DNA of 64,000 nucleotides from Eledone cirrhosa (taxonomy: Eukaryota). Location of the stretch: contig OZ024762.1 in assembly GCA_964016885.1 (NCBI GenBank), positions 19,220,001-19,284,000 of the forward strand, read 5' to 3'. The translations under genes were made by a program, and so were the position numbers. Below, piece after piece: positions 26,101 through 41,424 of this stretch. Numbering within the stretch: the stretch's first letter is position 1; each line of letters begins with the position of its first letter. Below the pieces are notes generated by a model that worked only from the letters and a program-made list of their open reading frames with translations, ran no database searches and was not told the origin of the DNA.

Positions 26101-26543
26101 ACCACACCACACTGCTCCACCACACCACCAACACCTCATGGCACTCCACCACACCTCATGGCACTCCTCCAACACCTCACCACACCACCAACACCTCACC
26201 ACAGCACCAACAATACATGGCTCTCCACCACACCTCATGGCACTCCACCACACCTCATGGCACTCCACCAACACCTCACAACACCACCAACACCTCACCA
26301 CACCACCAGCACCTCACCACACCACCACTACACCACCACCACCACCACTACACCACCACCACCACCACTACACCACCACCACCACACCACCACCACCACT
26401 ACACCACCACTACACAACATCTCCAACAAAGACCCTCTCTGTATAAAGTCCTATGATCAGCTACATTACAGAAAACCTTAGTTTCAGTTTACTGGTTTTA
26501 ACAGGGTGATGATGTATAGAGAGGGAGAGGGGAACACTACACG

Positions 26544-26574
<31 letters not shown>

Positions 26575-26827
26575 GAGAGAGACACTACACTGGACTGATG
26601 TGAGGTGGGGACTACACACACACACACACACACAGACACACAGACACACAGACACACACATAGAGGGAGTGAGAAACACTACACTGGACTGATGTGGGGT
26701 GGGGACTACACACACACACGTATATATAGAGAGAGACACTACACTGGACTGGTGTGAGGTGGGGACTACACACACACACAGACGCACACGCACACAAACA
26801 CACACGCACACACACAGACACAGACAC

Positions 26828-26865
<38 letters not shown>

Positions 26866-26924
26866 ACAGACACACACACAGAGGGAGAGAGAAACACTAC
26901 ACTGGACTGGTGTGGGGTGGGGGA

Positions 26925-26958
<34 letters not shown>

Positions 26959-26992
26959 GCACACGCACACACACACACACGCACACACACAC

Positions 26993-27032
<40 letters not shown>

Positions 27033-27104
27033 ACAGACACACACACACAGACACACACATGGAGGGAGTGAGAAACACTACACTGGACTGGTGTGGGGTG
27101 GGGA

Positions 27105-27135
<31 letters not shown>
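23130..27135. repeat. Block of GGT/ACC-based satellites: (GGT)nGTCAGT (23130-24497), GGT-rich tract with a ~244-bp duplication (24610-25860), ACC-rich tract (25985-26415), CA tracts with a repeated acactacactggact..ggggacta spacer (26540-27135)
   Basis: Direct reading. Confidence 0.9.
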
Positions 27136-27136
<1 letters not shown>

Positions 27137-27529
27137 TATGTCTACTTCTGTATGTGTAACAGTGTGGGCTTGTGTTTCTATGCTTATATCCAGACACCTA
27201 TATGTATGTGTGTGTGTAGATATATGTATGTGTGTGTGTGTAGATATATGTATGTGTGTGTGTCAGTGTCATCATCAGCATCATCTTCGTTTAACGTCCA
27301 TCTTCCACGCTAGCATGGGTATATATATATATATGTGTGTGTGTATATGTGTGTATGTATATGTATATGTATGTGTATATGTGTGTATATATATGTATGT
27401 GTGTGTGTATATATATATATGTGTGTGTGTATATATATGTGTGTATATATGGGTGTGTGTGTGTGTATATGTGTGTGTGTGTATATATGGGTGTGTGTGT
27501 ATATGTGTGTGTGTGTGTATATATGGGTG

Positions 27530-27560
<31 letters not shown>

Positions 27561-27801
27561 ATATATGGGTGTGTGTGTGTGTATGTGTGTGTATATATAT
27601 ATGTGTGTGTGTGTATACATATATATATATGTGTGTGTGTATATATATATATATATGTACATATATAGATATATATATATATATCTACACATACACACCT
27701 ATGTGCATATATGAAAATAGTTGAAATACACGTGAGTACACGTGGGAGTGAAAGCTGTCTGCCTCTGTAGAAGCCGGTGTCCATGTATGTTTTCATGTGT
27801 G

Positions 27802-27843
<42 letters not shown>

Positions 27844-27935
27844 GTGTGTGTGTGTGTCACTGGGCCTACCTTATAGATATATGTATATGTGCGCGCGCAC
27901 ACACACACACACACCTATATATATATATATACATA

Positions 27936-28014
27936 TAGGGTGTCCCTTTAATGTATACGCATTTCAATAGTATTCTAATAAATGTGTGTATACATTTTTG
28001 GGGGGACACCCAGT
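27936..28014. mobile_element. Small Tc1/mariner-type MITE
   Basis: TA-flanked imperfect TIRs agggtgtccc..aatgtatac / gtatacatt..gggacacccag. Confidence 0.65.
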
Positions 28015-28035
28015 ATATATATATATATATATATA

Positions 28036-28434
28036 TATTAAATTAAAATATTAATAAAATAGATGATCAATTAAATTTTATTATACATATTTCAGAGGTA
28101 CTTGAATCAAGTTCAATAGTACGTCCTCATCAGATAAAAATAGTACGTCCTCATCAGATAAAATACTACCTTGATTAAATCGTAACCATTTAACATGTCA
28201 TGGTATGTCATGTATCATTTTATTTTATCTGATGAGGACGTACTATTGAACTTGATTCAAGTACCTCTGAAATATGTATAATAAAATTTTATTGATCACA
28301 AGAATATCTATTTTGTTAATATTTGAATTTTAATATTAATAACTCTGGAAAATATCCACTTGTAGAGTGCTTCCAATCTACTGTAAAATTCATTCTTTAA
28401 TGTACTCATTGAATCTTGTTTAACTCTTTAAAAT

Positions 28435-28435
<1 letters not shown>
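28036..28435. mobile_element. Head-to-head foldback element family G with two HHRs
   Basis: Minus core 28133-28127, plus CTGATGA 28229-28235 and GAAA 28269-28272-tatgta-TA, stem I ttttat/ataaaa; tail aactc...gagtgct 28341-28371 on the right arm only; 24-bp internal duplication. Confidence 0.85.
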
Positions 28436-30180
<1,745 letters not shown>

Positions 30181-30254
30181 CTATCTAGGGCGGGTAAAAT
30201 TCCCGAGATTAACATATACACACACATTTATATAAATATATATATAAATATATG

Positions 30255-30585
30255 TAGAGGTTATATTTAATTTGTTGGGAAATTACAAGCTAAATATTTT
30301 TATAACTGATATAAAGCACTCAACAAATTATTGGAGTAAATATACAATATATTAACAAATGGGAACTATATTTATATAACCATATTTATTTCATTATACA
30401 TATTTCAAGGGCCACCAGGAGATTCCAACCAGAATGGTTGCATTTTTTATTTATAAAACTAACCTATATTATATTTTATCTGATGAAAGCGCACCATAGT
30501 TTACCTTGGTGGCCCTGGAAATATGTATAATGAAATAAATATGGTTTTATAAATATAGTTTCCATTTGTTAATATATTGTATATA
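30255..30585. mobile_element. Foldback element family F: minus arm with tail plus tail-less plus arm with HHR
   Basis: CTGATGA 30480-30486, GAAA 30518-30521-tatgta-TA; 30340-30417 inverted at 30508-30585; tail motif 30338-30315 on minus. Confidence 0.8.
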
Positions 30586-30659
30586 AATATATATATATAT
30601 AATTATATAAATATATATATAATTATATATATATATATATATATAATTATATATATATG

Positions 30660-30890
30660 CTTTCAGTTCCTTAGAGGAATAACAAAACTTTCTGTATCTA
30701 TTAAGCATATCAATGAATTAACAAGGTAAAATCTATTACAACATCATGTTTTCCTGCTTTTTTTCTGTTCAAGTCCTTGCTGCCTGATGAGGTCATTGCT
30801 GTTGAATAATGGCTATCACTGAAATATATATATAGCAGCGAATATGAAAAAACGAAGCTAATTTTAGCCTGTTGACTTACACTTCTTATT
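30660..30890 (+). ncRNA. Hammerhead ribozyme element
   Basis: ttgctgc-CTGATGA (30784-30790)-ggtcattg/taatggct-GAAA (30821-30824)-(ta)5-gcagcga. Confidence 0.7.
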
Positions 30891-30924
<34 letters not shown>

Positions 30925-30964
30925 GACACAAACACACACACGCACACACACACAAACACAAACA

Positions 30965-31020
<56 letters not shown>

Positions 31021-31312
31021 CTCGTGCACTGTTCTCCCCCTTCTCTCAGTTGATGCACTTCGTATGATTTTTATTCTATATTTGTCTAATTCACCTATTA
31101 GCATAACTTGTCCCTGCCTGTCTTTTTTCCTTCTTATATCGCAGTGTATACTGGAAAGAATGGTAGGAACCCTTTTTTTTTTTAACCGAAACTTTAAGGA
31201 TTTTTAGAGGTTGACTGACGATGTGAGACTCCGTTTTTCCATTGCCTTTATTATATTTTGAAAATTTATTCTAAAGACTTAGTCATGCGGGCTTTTTTAT
31301 TTTTTTATTTGA

Positions 31313-31360
<48 letters not shown>

Positions 31361-31700
31361 TCAGGCTGAATAAGTTGGGGTGTATAACTCAAGGAAACCC
31401 AAGTACCTGTATATGTAACTATTGAAACTAATTTCGTATATATATATATATATATATATACAGAAATTACATGAATCAAAGTTCAGTTTAAATCATTTAT
31501 TTGCTTACAATTGTTTCCTCCAAACCGAGGTTTGGATTCTTCGGAGCAACTATTTAGTGATTTTTACATACTTGACCTCCTTTTCTGGATCTGTCTTTCA
31601 CTATTTAGGGTTTAAAATATATATAACTATATAAGGTTTTATTATATACATAACCATAAATAGTATCCTTAATACTAGATATAGAAATATATATTTTTTT

Positions 31701-31925
31701 ATTAAAATAACATATTAAAGTTTAAGCAAAGAATCGCTGCTTTCACCCTTAACGGGATCTTCTGAAACTAAAAAAATCAATATGTGAACGCAGAAGTAAA
31801 TATTTCGAAAAATGTTGCAACCGAAGGAAAACAGGAAGACGATACTTTGGTTCGTGGAGATGTTCCCTGGCAATGAACCGAAAAAAGCGAAGATCATACG
31901 TCTTTGTGTGGAACGTGAGAACAAT
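31701..31925 (-). mobile_element. TA-inserted element with variant HHR (CAGAAGA core)
   Basis: Minus strand agttt-CAGAAGA (31764-31758)-tccc gttaa gggt-GAAA-gca...tgc-TT-aaact; matches 54537-54743. Confidence 0.65.
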
Positions 31926-31937
31926 TATATATATATA

Positions 31938-32711
31938 CTAGCAGTAAAGCCCGGCGTTGCTCGGGGTCGCTCAGTAGCTGTGTTAAAGTTACAATGTTAA
32001 GTTTCTTTATTGGCTTAAAAACTGTAGTGTCTACTGTGCAGACTTGCATGTGGTGTTTTTGATTAATATTCCCTCAACCAACAATATGCCTTATGAAGTT
32101 AAGAAAACATAACGATAACCCGAATGTTATAACAAAAGAGGATGCTGGGGATAGAAACTGCACTGGTTATTTATTAACAAAGATCGAAAATGTAAACACT
32201 GCAACGCAGAGAAAAACATTAGCGTAACCAAATTATCAGTTATGTCTGTCTGCACGCCTATATCACCTCTCTGCACGACTGTCTGTCTGCACGCCTGAAA
32301 TATTTGCTTGTTTTACGTAGTCTTTAAATAGACTTGTTTTCAAGTAAAAATATTGTTTTAAAATGCTTTTAAATGGAAATGAAGCAAAACGGAAGCTTAG
32401 TGTTTGAATGTTCGTGTATTGTGTTAATGTCATTTTAAACGCTGAGAAAGCCAGCGTAATTTTTTACGTAAGACGCTCAATGTAAACAGAACAAAGGGAA
32501 ATAACTGATAACTTACGCTCAAAAATCGATACATTATATTCGATTTCGTCACATAGGGCGGGGCAATTTGAAATTTTTTTTTTCCGATGTCTTCGCTAGG
32601 GCTCAATGTACAAGTATAGCAATTTCGGTGCAATTCCGTGAGAGATTCTAAGAGGAGATGTGTGCCAAAAATCGATAGACAGACAGACAACCACAGTTTT
32701 ATATATATAGA
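31938..32711 (-). mobile_element. Complete non-autonomous Helitron
   Basis: Minus strand A|TCtatatatataaaactgtggttgtctgtctgtc at the 5' end; hairpin cccgagcaacgccggg (31965-31950) and CTAG|T at the 3' end. Confidence 0.8.
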
Positions 32712-33772
32712 TAATATATATATGTATATATATCTCACAAACAGTTTGTCGCTCTACATGGCTGAATACAATCAATGTAATCTGTGTTTTTCGAATATTA
32801 ATAATATTCGATTCGTTTGCAATTATGCAAACAGCCTCTTTAAACCATGTCAGTAGAATGACCGCGTCATTCTTGCTCTTTACATAAATACATACATATA
32901 TATATATAAAAAGAAAAGTTCGCATGTAATGGATAAAAAGCAAAAGTGACCTCAGCAGGAGCTGAACTCGTAGAGCCGGATTAAATGCCGGACTAAATGC
33001 TGCAATGAATTTTACCCGGCGCTCTACCGACTCTGCCATTACAGTGTAACTTTAAAATTGTAGCAGTAGACAACATTTCGAAATTTATATATTGCTAACG
33101 CGTAAGAACCCTCCAATCACACCTCTGGTAGCTAGACGTGACACCTTTATTGTTACGACATACCGGTTGAATACTCTTAACTTGAACAGTCCGCATTTTT
33201 TTTTATTCTATGTTTTGGCCGCATTCAGATAATAAAAATAAATAATAAATAACAACAGCAACAACAACAAAATCATTCTTCTGCGTATCTCAGAGAAAAC
33301 CAGCCACCTAACTGGCATCTGTATATCGTTTTATTCTGAACATTCACACTTTGCGATCTGTAGCCGATGGACGACATCAAAGAGAATTATAGATTGGAAA
33401 TATTCAACTTACCTATCACCTTCCTTAGTTTTAATCTTTAGCTAAGCTGTATAACACAGAATATTAAATGTGACACTGGAAATTTCGAGAAATATCGACA
33501 AGTTTCTCAGAAATTGTTCGTTAAAACATTGGCTGTTAGTTTTAGATAGTTGAGCAAAACATGGCCGATTGGTTAAGGTATTATCTTGGTAATTGTAAGA
33601 ATCTTGATTCTTAAAAGCCCCGTGGAGATTCGTGGCTAAATCGTTAATAATTCGTTTTGGAAATCATAAGAAATGTTAATATATTTTATCGATCCTGAAA
33701 GAATGAAGGGAGTAGTTGACCTCGGCAGGGTTTGAACTCGAGACGGAGAAGGGAGGGAACATAATACTTTTT

Positions 33773-34606
33773 AATACTGTTCTATATTTTTGAGACGAGA
33801 AATTATTTACATTATATACATTGGACGGATAGGTGTCCTCATCTTGTTTTGTTGTTCACACAACGTTTCGGCTGATGTACTCTCCAGTCTTCATCAGGTG
33901 TCTTCATCTTGTTTTGTTGTTAACACAACGTTTCGGCTGATGTACTCTCCAGTCTTCATCAGGTGTCTTCATCTTGTTTTGTTGTTAACACAACGTTTCG
34001 GCTGATGTACTCTCCAGTCTTCATCAGGTGTCCTCATCTTGTTTTGTTGTTAACACAACGTTTCGGCTGATGTACTCTCCAGTCTTCATCAGGTGTCCTC
34101 ATCTTGTTTTGTTGTTAACACAACGTTTCGGGTGATGTACTCTCCAGTCTTCATCAGGTGTCCTCATCTTGTTTTGTTGTTAACACAACGTTTCGGCTGA
34201 TGTACTCTCCAGTCTTCATCAGGTGTCCTCATCTTGTTTTGTTGTTAACACAACGTTTCGGCTGATGTACTCTCCAGTCTTCATCAGGTGTCCTCATCTT
34301 GTTTTGTTGTTAACACAACGTTTCGGCTGATGTACTCTCCAGTCTTCATCAGGTGTCCTCATCTTGTTTTGTTGTTAACACAACGTTTCGGCTGATGTAC
34401 TCTCCAGTCTTCATCAGGTGTCCCAGTGATGTTATTATTGACGTTTGTTCAGGTAACTGCCTAGAATTGTACTCGGGCAGTGACGTGAACAAACGTTAAT
34501 AATATCATCACTGGGACACCTGATGAAGGCTGGAGAGTACATCAGCCGAAACGTTGTGTTAACAACAAAACAAGATGAGGACACCTATCCGTCCAATGTA
34601 TATAAT
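33773..34606. mobile_element. Foldback HHR element with an internal 9 x 65-bp ribozyme array and a 12-bp target-site duplication
   Basis: tcatcag at 33891, 33956 ... 34411 (period 65); plus-strand HHR CTGATGA 34520-34526 and GAAA 34548-34551-cg-TT; ataatacttttt at 33761-33772 and 34607-34618. Confidence 0.9.
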
Positions 34607-34699
34607 ATAATACTTTTTGTCTTATTTTTGTCACATTCCCCAGCTGATTCGCCACCTACAAATAAATGATCGTGCACCATTGTAATAAAGAAGTCTTCC

Positions 34700-36010
34700 T
34701 AATATTTCGCACAGGGCCAGGAACTTATGGGAAGGAGAAAGTTGATTATATCTACCTACCCCAGGTCTTTATAGATAATTTATTGTATTGACCCCTAAAG
34801 GATAGGATGAAGTGCAGAGTTGATTTCGGTGGGGTTTGAACTCAGAGTGAAAAGAGCCGAAACAAACACTGCTAAACATTTGTCCGATGCTGCACCGAGT
34901 CTGTCATTGTGATAATGGGTTCTGATTTAGGCACAAGGCCAGCAATTCTGTAGGGAAGGGAAAAGTCGATTAAATCGACCCCCAGTGTGTTACTGGTACT
35001 TTATTTTATCGACCCCGTAAGGATGTAAGGCAAAGCTAACGTCGACGGGATTTGAACTCAGAACTCAAATAATGGTTTCTGATATAGACACAAGGTCAGC
35101 AATTTTGGGAAGGGGAAATTCGATTAAATCGACCCCCAGTGTGTTACTGGTACTTTATTTTATCGACCCCGTAAGGATGTAAGGCAAAGTTAACGTCGAC
35201 GGGATTTGAACTCAGAACTCAAATAATGGTTTCTGATATAGACACAAGGCCAGCAATTTGGGGAAAGGGAAATTCGATTAAATCGATCCCAGTGCGTAAC
35301 TGGTACTTTACTTTATCGACTATGTAAGGATGAAAGACAAAGCTAAGCTCAATGGGATTTGAACTCAGAATGTAAAGAGCCGGAACAAATGCTGCTAAGC
35401 ATTTTTGTGACGCAGTCGTAACTACAGTATGTACCGCAAAGGATGTTGTCCGACGCTCTACTGATTCTGCCAATCCACCACAAATCTGTCATTGCAATAA
35501 TAGATGTATCTACTTTTGGCACAAGGCCAGCAATTATCCCAGTACATAACTGGTATCTTATTTGATCGACCCCGTAAGGATGAAAGGCAAAGTTAACCTC
35601 GGCGAGATTTGAGCTCAGAACGTAAAGGGATGTAACTCTATACTGCAAAGCATGGCGTCCGACCCTCTACCGATACTGCCAATCCACCGCCCTAAAGCTA
35701 ATCCACCAATAAATAATAAATCTAACTCAGAACGTAAAAGGCCGTAGCGCTATGCCTCACAAAGCATCTTGTCCGTCGCTCTACCCATTCTACCAATCCA
35801 CCACGAGTCTGTCATTGTAATAATTGTTTCTACTTTTGGCACAAGGCCAGCAATTATCCCAGTGTATTACTAGTACTTTATTTTATCGATCCCGTAAGGA
35901 TGAAAGGCAAAGTTAACTTCGACGGGATTTGAACTCGGGCCATAAAGGGCCGTAACTCTTTGCTGCAAAAGCATGGCGTCCGACTCTCTACCAATCCACC
36001 ACGAGTCTGT
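34700..36010 (-). mobile_element. Cluster of ~6-7 head-to-tail tRNA-SINE copies and fragments (main family)
   Basis: Repeated ggcacaaggccagcaatt...atcgaccccgtaaggatg...gggatttgaactcag. Confidence 0.9.
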
Positions 36011-36382
36011 CATTGTAATAATAGATAATAAATCGATTTTGTATCATTACGGTTCATTGTATCCTTAAACAAGACACACTAACTCATTTTATCGAAAGCC
36101 TTCATAGCTAATTTAGAAATGATTGTTGTAATCCGTTGTGAGATGCAGCTGTAAATTAAAAGCAGTCTTCCAATGAGATGTTCTTGTGATAAAAATCAAC
36201 AATTAGGCTTCCAACGTTTGATAGATTTAGTGAGGGAAGTTCGGAGATGTGAATAAGGATATATATTGGAAATTGAACAGAAATCGATAAAAGGAAAAAT
36301 AAATCAAAACTCCCTACCATTAGTTTATAAATTGAACGTATTGGAAACAATACGTTCCGACACACATAGAGAATATATTTAG

Positions 36383-36426
<44 letters not shown>

Positions 36427-36744
36427 GTGTATATATATATATGTGTATATATGTATATATGTGTATATATATATATGTGTATATATGTATATATGTGTAT
36501 ATATATATATATATATATAAATGTATATATGTGTATATATATATATGTATATATATATGAATATATATATGTATATATGTATGTATATATATATGTATAT
36601 ATAAATATGTATATGTATATATGTATGTATATATATATGTATATATAAATATGTATATGTATATATGTATGTATATATATATGTATATATAAATATGTAT
36701 ATATACATATATATATATATACACAGAGAATATAAATACATACA

Positions 36745-36812
<68 letters not shown>

Positions 36813-36954
36813 CATTCAAACATACATATGTCATATATGTATATATACATTCAGACACATACACATAGACACATCCACACACACAATACATTCATACATA
36901 CACAATATATATATTTAGACACATATACGTAATACATTCACACACACACAGACA

Positions 36955-37070
36955 CACCTGCGATGGACTGGCGTCTTGTCCAGGGGGAAGTCTTGCAGTC
37001 TCATTCGTTTCATGCCATGGAAACCAGGATAAGCACCAGCTTCATGAGTCTCCTGGCATGAAACAGGCTT
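36955..37070 (+). mobile_element. SINE 3' fragment (V-like domain)
   Basis: cctgcgatggactggcgtcttgtccagggg...gaaaccaggataagcaccagc, as in 11072-11185. Confidence 0.75.
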
Positions 37071-37087
37071 ATATATATATTATGTAT

Positions 37088-37294
37088 ATAACGAAGGAAT
37101 TGTGGTAAAGAACCAGATGGACCATAACGCACCAAAGTACTCAATACTTAGTGTAGTAGAGTGGGTAATAGGAACAAGTATGACCCTGACGGCAGAGCTC
37201 AAGCCATTTCGACAGCTATTTCTGAGCTCAAAGTCCAGAAATAGCCGTCGAAACGCCTTGAGTTCTGCCGTCTGGGTCATACTTGTTCCTATTA

Positions 37295-37295
<1 letters not shown>
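37088..37295. mobile_element. Foldback element K with truncated HHR (3' half only) and tail
   Basis: Arms ~37165-37224 and ~37235-37294; GAAA-(t/c)ggc...gccg-TC stem III; minus-strand tail cactc...gagtact at 37163-37136. Confidence 0.75.
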
Positions 37296-37363
<68 letters not shown>

Positions 37364-37366
<3 letters not shown>

Positions 37367-37452
37367 CAAAGAGATATTTAATTTGTTGGTTATTCAACAA
37401 ATTTATTTATAACAGATTCGAAGCACTCTACAAGTTTTCTGGAGTATAATAT
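37364..37452 (-). mobile_element. Isolated tail of family F
   Basis: Reverse complement matches 12520-12610, including tactccagaaaact..gagtgcttcgaatc. Confidence 0.75.
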
Positions 37453-37465
37453 ATACATATATACG

Positions 37466-37680
37466 TGTAGCGTGTGGCTGGGTGGTTAGAGAATTGGATT
37501 CGCAATCGTAAGGTTGTGAGTTCGATTCCTGGACCAGGCGATGCGTTATGTCCTTGTGCAAGACACTTTATTTCACGTTGCTCCTTCTACCTGGAGTTGC
37601 GACCGATAGATAGTATTAGCAATTGGAAAGACCAACGGAAACATTGTTCCCTCGGTCCGATTTGACGAAAGTCGATCGTT
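37466..37680 (+). mobile_element. tRNA-derived SINE
   Basis: A box tggctgggtgg, B box gagttcgattcc, CORE-like segment; inverted copy at 47692-47909. Confidence 0.9.
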
Positions 37681-37854
37681 CCTTTTTTTATATAAGAAGC
37701 AAAGAAAATTTCAATGATACGAAAGATTTCCTGGTGGAAGTTCAGGTGTACTCCTGGTGCACTCCAGGTTGGTATCCAGTTTCGGCGTGAAAATCCAATT
37801 AGAAAATCCAACGATTCCAACCCGCCCGTCCCCTCAATCTATCTTATTTCTCAT

Positions 37855-37900
37855 TCTTTTTTTCTGATGAAGGACTAGCGTCCGAAACGTTAAGACTCTT
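37855..37900 (+). ncRNA. Minimal type I hammerhead ribozyme
   Basis: ttt-CTGATGA (37864-37870)-a-ggac tagc gtcc-GAAA (37884-37887)-cg-TT-aag. Confidence 0.7.
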
Positions 37901-37983
37901 TTCCTGCTACATCAAGCGTTAACCTAATATATACATTCTATATACTGTACCGATTGTGATGTTTCTGTTTATCTTACATACAT

Positions 37984-38022
<39 letters not shown>

Positions 38023-38228
38023 CGATATTAAACAAATGGAAACTACATTTATAAAACCATATTTATTTCATTATATATATTTCAGGGATATCATATTAAA
38101 AATATGGTATGCCCTCTTCAGACAAAATACAATATATAAACAGTTTTATAAATAAATTTGACATACCTTAAAAAATTTTACAACTTCCATTTAAAAAGTT
38201 GTAACCCAACAATTTTAAATAAAACTTT

Positions 38229-38232
<4 letters not shown>
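38023..38232. mobile_element. Family F element: tail-less minus arm with HHR fused to a plus-strand 3' tip
   Basis: Minus tattttgt-CTGAAGA (38121-38115)-ggg..ccct-GAAA-tatata-TA-atgaaata; right end aacccaacaattttaaat matches 1647-1670. Confidence 0.75.
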
Positions 38233-38269
<37 letters not shown>

Positions 38270-38271
<2 letters not shown>

Positions 38272-38370
38272 AATAATAATAAATTTGAAGACTAAAATCC
38301 AAAGTTTCAGAAGATCCCATTAAGGGTGAAAGCAGCGATTCTTTGCTTAAACTTTAATCTGTTATTTTAA
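38270..38370 (+). ncRNA. 100-bp mini-element consisting of termini plus variant HHR
   Basis: aaagttt-CAGAAGA (38308-38314)-tccc attaa gggt-GAAA (38328-38331)-gca...tgc-TT-aaacttt (7-bp stem I). Confidence 0.7.
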
Positions 38371-38372
38371 TA

Positions 38373-38434
<62 letters not shown>

Positions 38435-38435
<1 letters not shown>

Positions 38436-38570
38436 TTAGGCATTTAGCTTAGTGGTTAGGGTATTCAGATCACAATTGTAAGGTTGTAAGTTGAATACCT
38501 GGACCGGGTGTTGCGTTGTGTCCTTGAGCAAGACACTTTATTTCCTATTGCTCCAGCTCACTGAGCTGCA
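38435..38570 (+). mobile_element. tRNA-SINE head and CORE-like fragment
   Basis: tagcttagtggttagggtattc...gtgtccttgagcaagacactt. Confidence 0.75.
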
Positions 38571-39315
38571 GAGCCGGATTTAATAGGGGGAAATTGCCCC
38601 GGTCCCACTAGCGACGACCCTACCAATTTATGTATGCGCCCTCAACTGGGAGTTTTAGTTTTAGGATGTTTAGAATTTTTGAATTTAATTCCTGCATCTA
38701 TATCCTAAGCAAACACAATTGAATAAAATATATGGTTCAAATTTCCTAGAATATTAACGAATAAAGTTTTTACCTAGAGAAGGCCTGAGACTACGGCAAC
38801 GAAAATGGCACTAGATCGACCATAACTGCATTACTCCATGCCCGGAGATTAATGAGACCGGAACTTCAGTTTCATTGGCGATAAATGACGGTGTGTACAA
38901 GGTTCTTCCCTGAACAGGGTACTGCACCATAGCAGCAGGGTTAACTCCTCAACCGCTGGTACTCAATTTTAGCTGAGTTGGCAGAAACATCGTCAAATGA
39001 AGTGTTTTGCTCAAAAATATTGGGTTTTTCAAGTATGAAATTTGTAGAAATTTCTTTTGTTTTACAAATTTCTACAAATTTTATACTTGACGACCTAATA
39101 CAATGTGTATTAGGTAATACAATGTGTATCCAGGAATCGAACACGTTACAATAAGTTAGAAAAAAACGAACACTTTAGCCACTAGGCTGCGCGCCATCGT
39201 TTAGTTCATCTAAATCTGTGTATGATACATTCCGATTTGCCATCTATACACGCCTTACACAACCCACCCCCCTCACGGATATATATATATTTGATAATGT
39301 CTGTGAAAGGTAATA

Positions 39316-39381
<66 letters not shown>

Positions 39382-39751
39382 AATATTTAATAACAATGCC
39401 TCTGTGAAATGTGAGACGTTGTTACAAATATATACACACATATATGCATATATATATATGCATATATGTATATATATATACATACCTATATATATATATA
39501 TTCATATATATATATATATAATATATATATATATATGCATATATGTATATATATATATATATACATACACATATATATATATACATACACATATATATAT
39601 ATATACATACACATATATATATACATACACATATATATATATATATACATACATACACATATATATATATATATATATACATACACATATATATATATAT
39701 ATACATATATATATACATACACATATATATATATATATATACATACACATA

Positions 39752-39843
<92 letters not shown>

Positions 39844-40427
39844 TACATACATATATATGTGTGTGTGTGTGGTGAAATTAATCAACTACTGAAAAACATT
39901 TGATAATAATATCTGCGAAAAGGTGAAAAGTTGGCAGACGACATTAACCAATGGTGGGTAATTGTGTGTCTAGACTACAGGAGTATAATGAATGTCAGGG
40001 AAAAATGGAAGAACAAATAGCGACATGTTTCGTGAGGCCGGAGATAAAATTGTAAGAGACGAAAGATGGCTGGCAGCATATATATATATTTTTTTTTTAT
40101 CAAATTACATTAACATTGTTATTCAATTCATTCGTCTTAGCTTTCCATTTCTCCTCACGTACGTCCGTGATGAATGATGACTTTATTTCGTTTTGTTTTT
40201 TTACTTAACCCCCTCACCAATCTTCTCACCTTCTCATACACTCACATACACTCACATACACTCACATACACACACTCACATACACACACTCACATACACA
40301 CATGATGTTGTCGGTTCTTGGAGTAAATCTCACATTTCAGATTTCCCTTAGCGTTTCAGGGGGTTATGAAATATATGTTACTATGGTCAAGTGAAGACGC
40401 CACGATGATAATTAACAAGTATAAGTA

Positions 40428-40460
<33 letters not shown>

Positions 40461-40762
40461 GAGAGAGAGGTTGTTGTGACTACGCTAATGGGAGACTACA
40501 ACTGTCAGTCAAAAGACTGCATGTATTCATATATTTCTATATTTTATGAATGAAGACTTGTTGAAATCTCACTGTCCATTCCAGATTGACGGCTAATGAG
40601 CGAAGATGCTGTTGTTTGTTCGCATCTCCGTTCTTTCGTGCAGATATTTTGGCAACACACACACATGTATATATATATATATATATATATAAGTCTCTCT
40701 GAAAAGTTGAAAAGTATGGGGAATAATATCACAAACAATTTATTTCAATTCCAAACAAAAAA

Positions 40763-41005
40763 CTACATGGTTTCTCCTTCAAAGTAATCTCCTTCGAGTC
40801 TAATGTACTTTTCCATCTTTCTCTACCATGCTTGTATGCACTGCTGGAACGATTCTTCTGGGATATCCCTCAGCTCCTTCGTTATGGCCCTCTTGAGGGC
40901 TTCCATGCCTTCTAAACTGGCCACCTTGATAAACTCCTTGAGCTTGGAGAAAAGGAAAAAGTCACATGGAGCAAGACTAAGTCAATAAGGAGGTTGTTCC
41001 AGTAC
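40763..41005 (-). pseudogene. Mariner (Tc1/mariner) transposase C-terminal relic
   Basis: Hand translation VLEQPPY*LSLAPCDFFLFSKLKEFIK...FQQCIQAW*RKMEKYIRLEGDYFEGETM* matches the HPPYSPDLAPCDF and GDYFE mariner motifs, with two stops. Confidence 0.9.
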
Positions 41006-41424
41006 GGTCCTGCCGGATGCTCAGAGCGTTGTGATCCGGCGATCTTCTGCATGCCCCAATCTTTGGTGCTAATCTTCCAAACGCTGTCGCGGTTCATACT
41101 ATGTAAATTCCGACTACGTCAGTGACTTGTGCTGAGTCACTGGAACCCATAGTAATATCGAAGCTATTTTCTCTATCTCGCTGTTCCCAGTACTGGTTCT
41201 CAAATTTAATAATCCTTCACTATTACTATCCTTATTTCATCCAGGGTTAGGTCAGATTTTTTACAAGCGAAAGCGAGAGCCTTATTTAGGAGGACGGGAG
41301 TTATGGATGGATATTAATCGTTTATATCAAACTGTATAAACTTGGGGACCTCTTTTCTATCTATTTCACTAAACCAGTTAACCGCTTCTCTAGTGTTGCC
41401 CCATAGTTTGATGGTTCAATTCCA

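Noticed and set aside
33830-34422. Regular repeat array resembling CRISPR
   Set aside because: No unique spacers and no cas genes; it is a pure tandem repeat in eukaryotic DNA.
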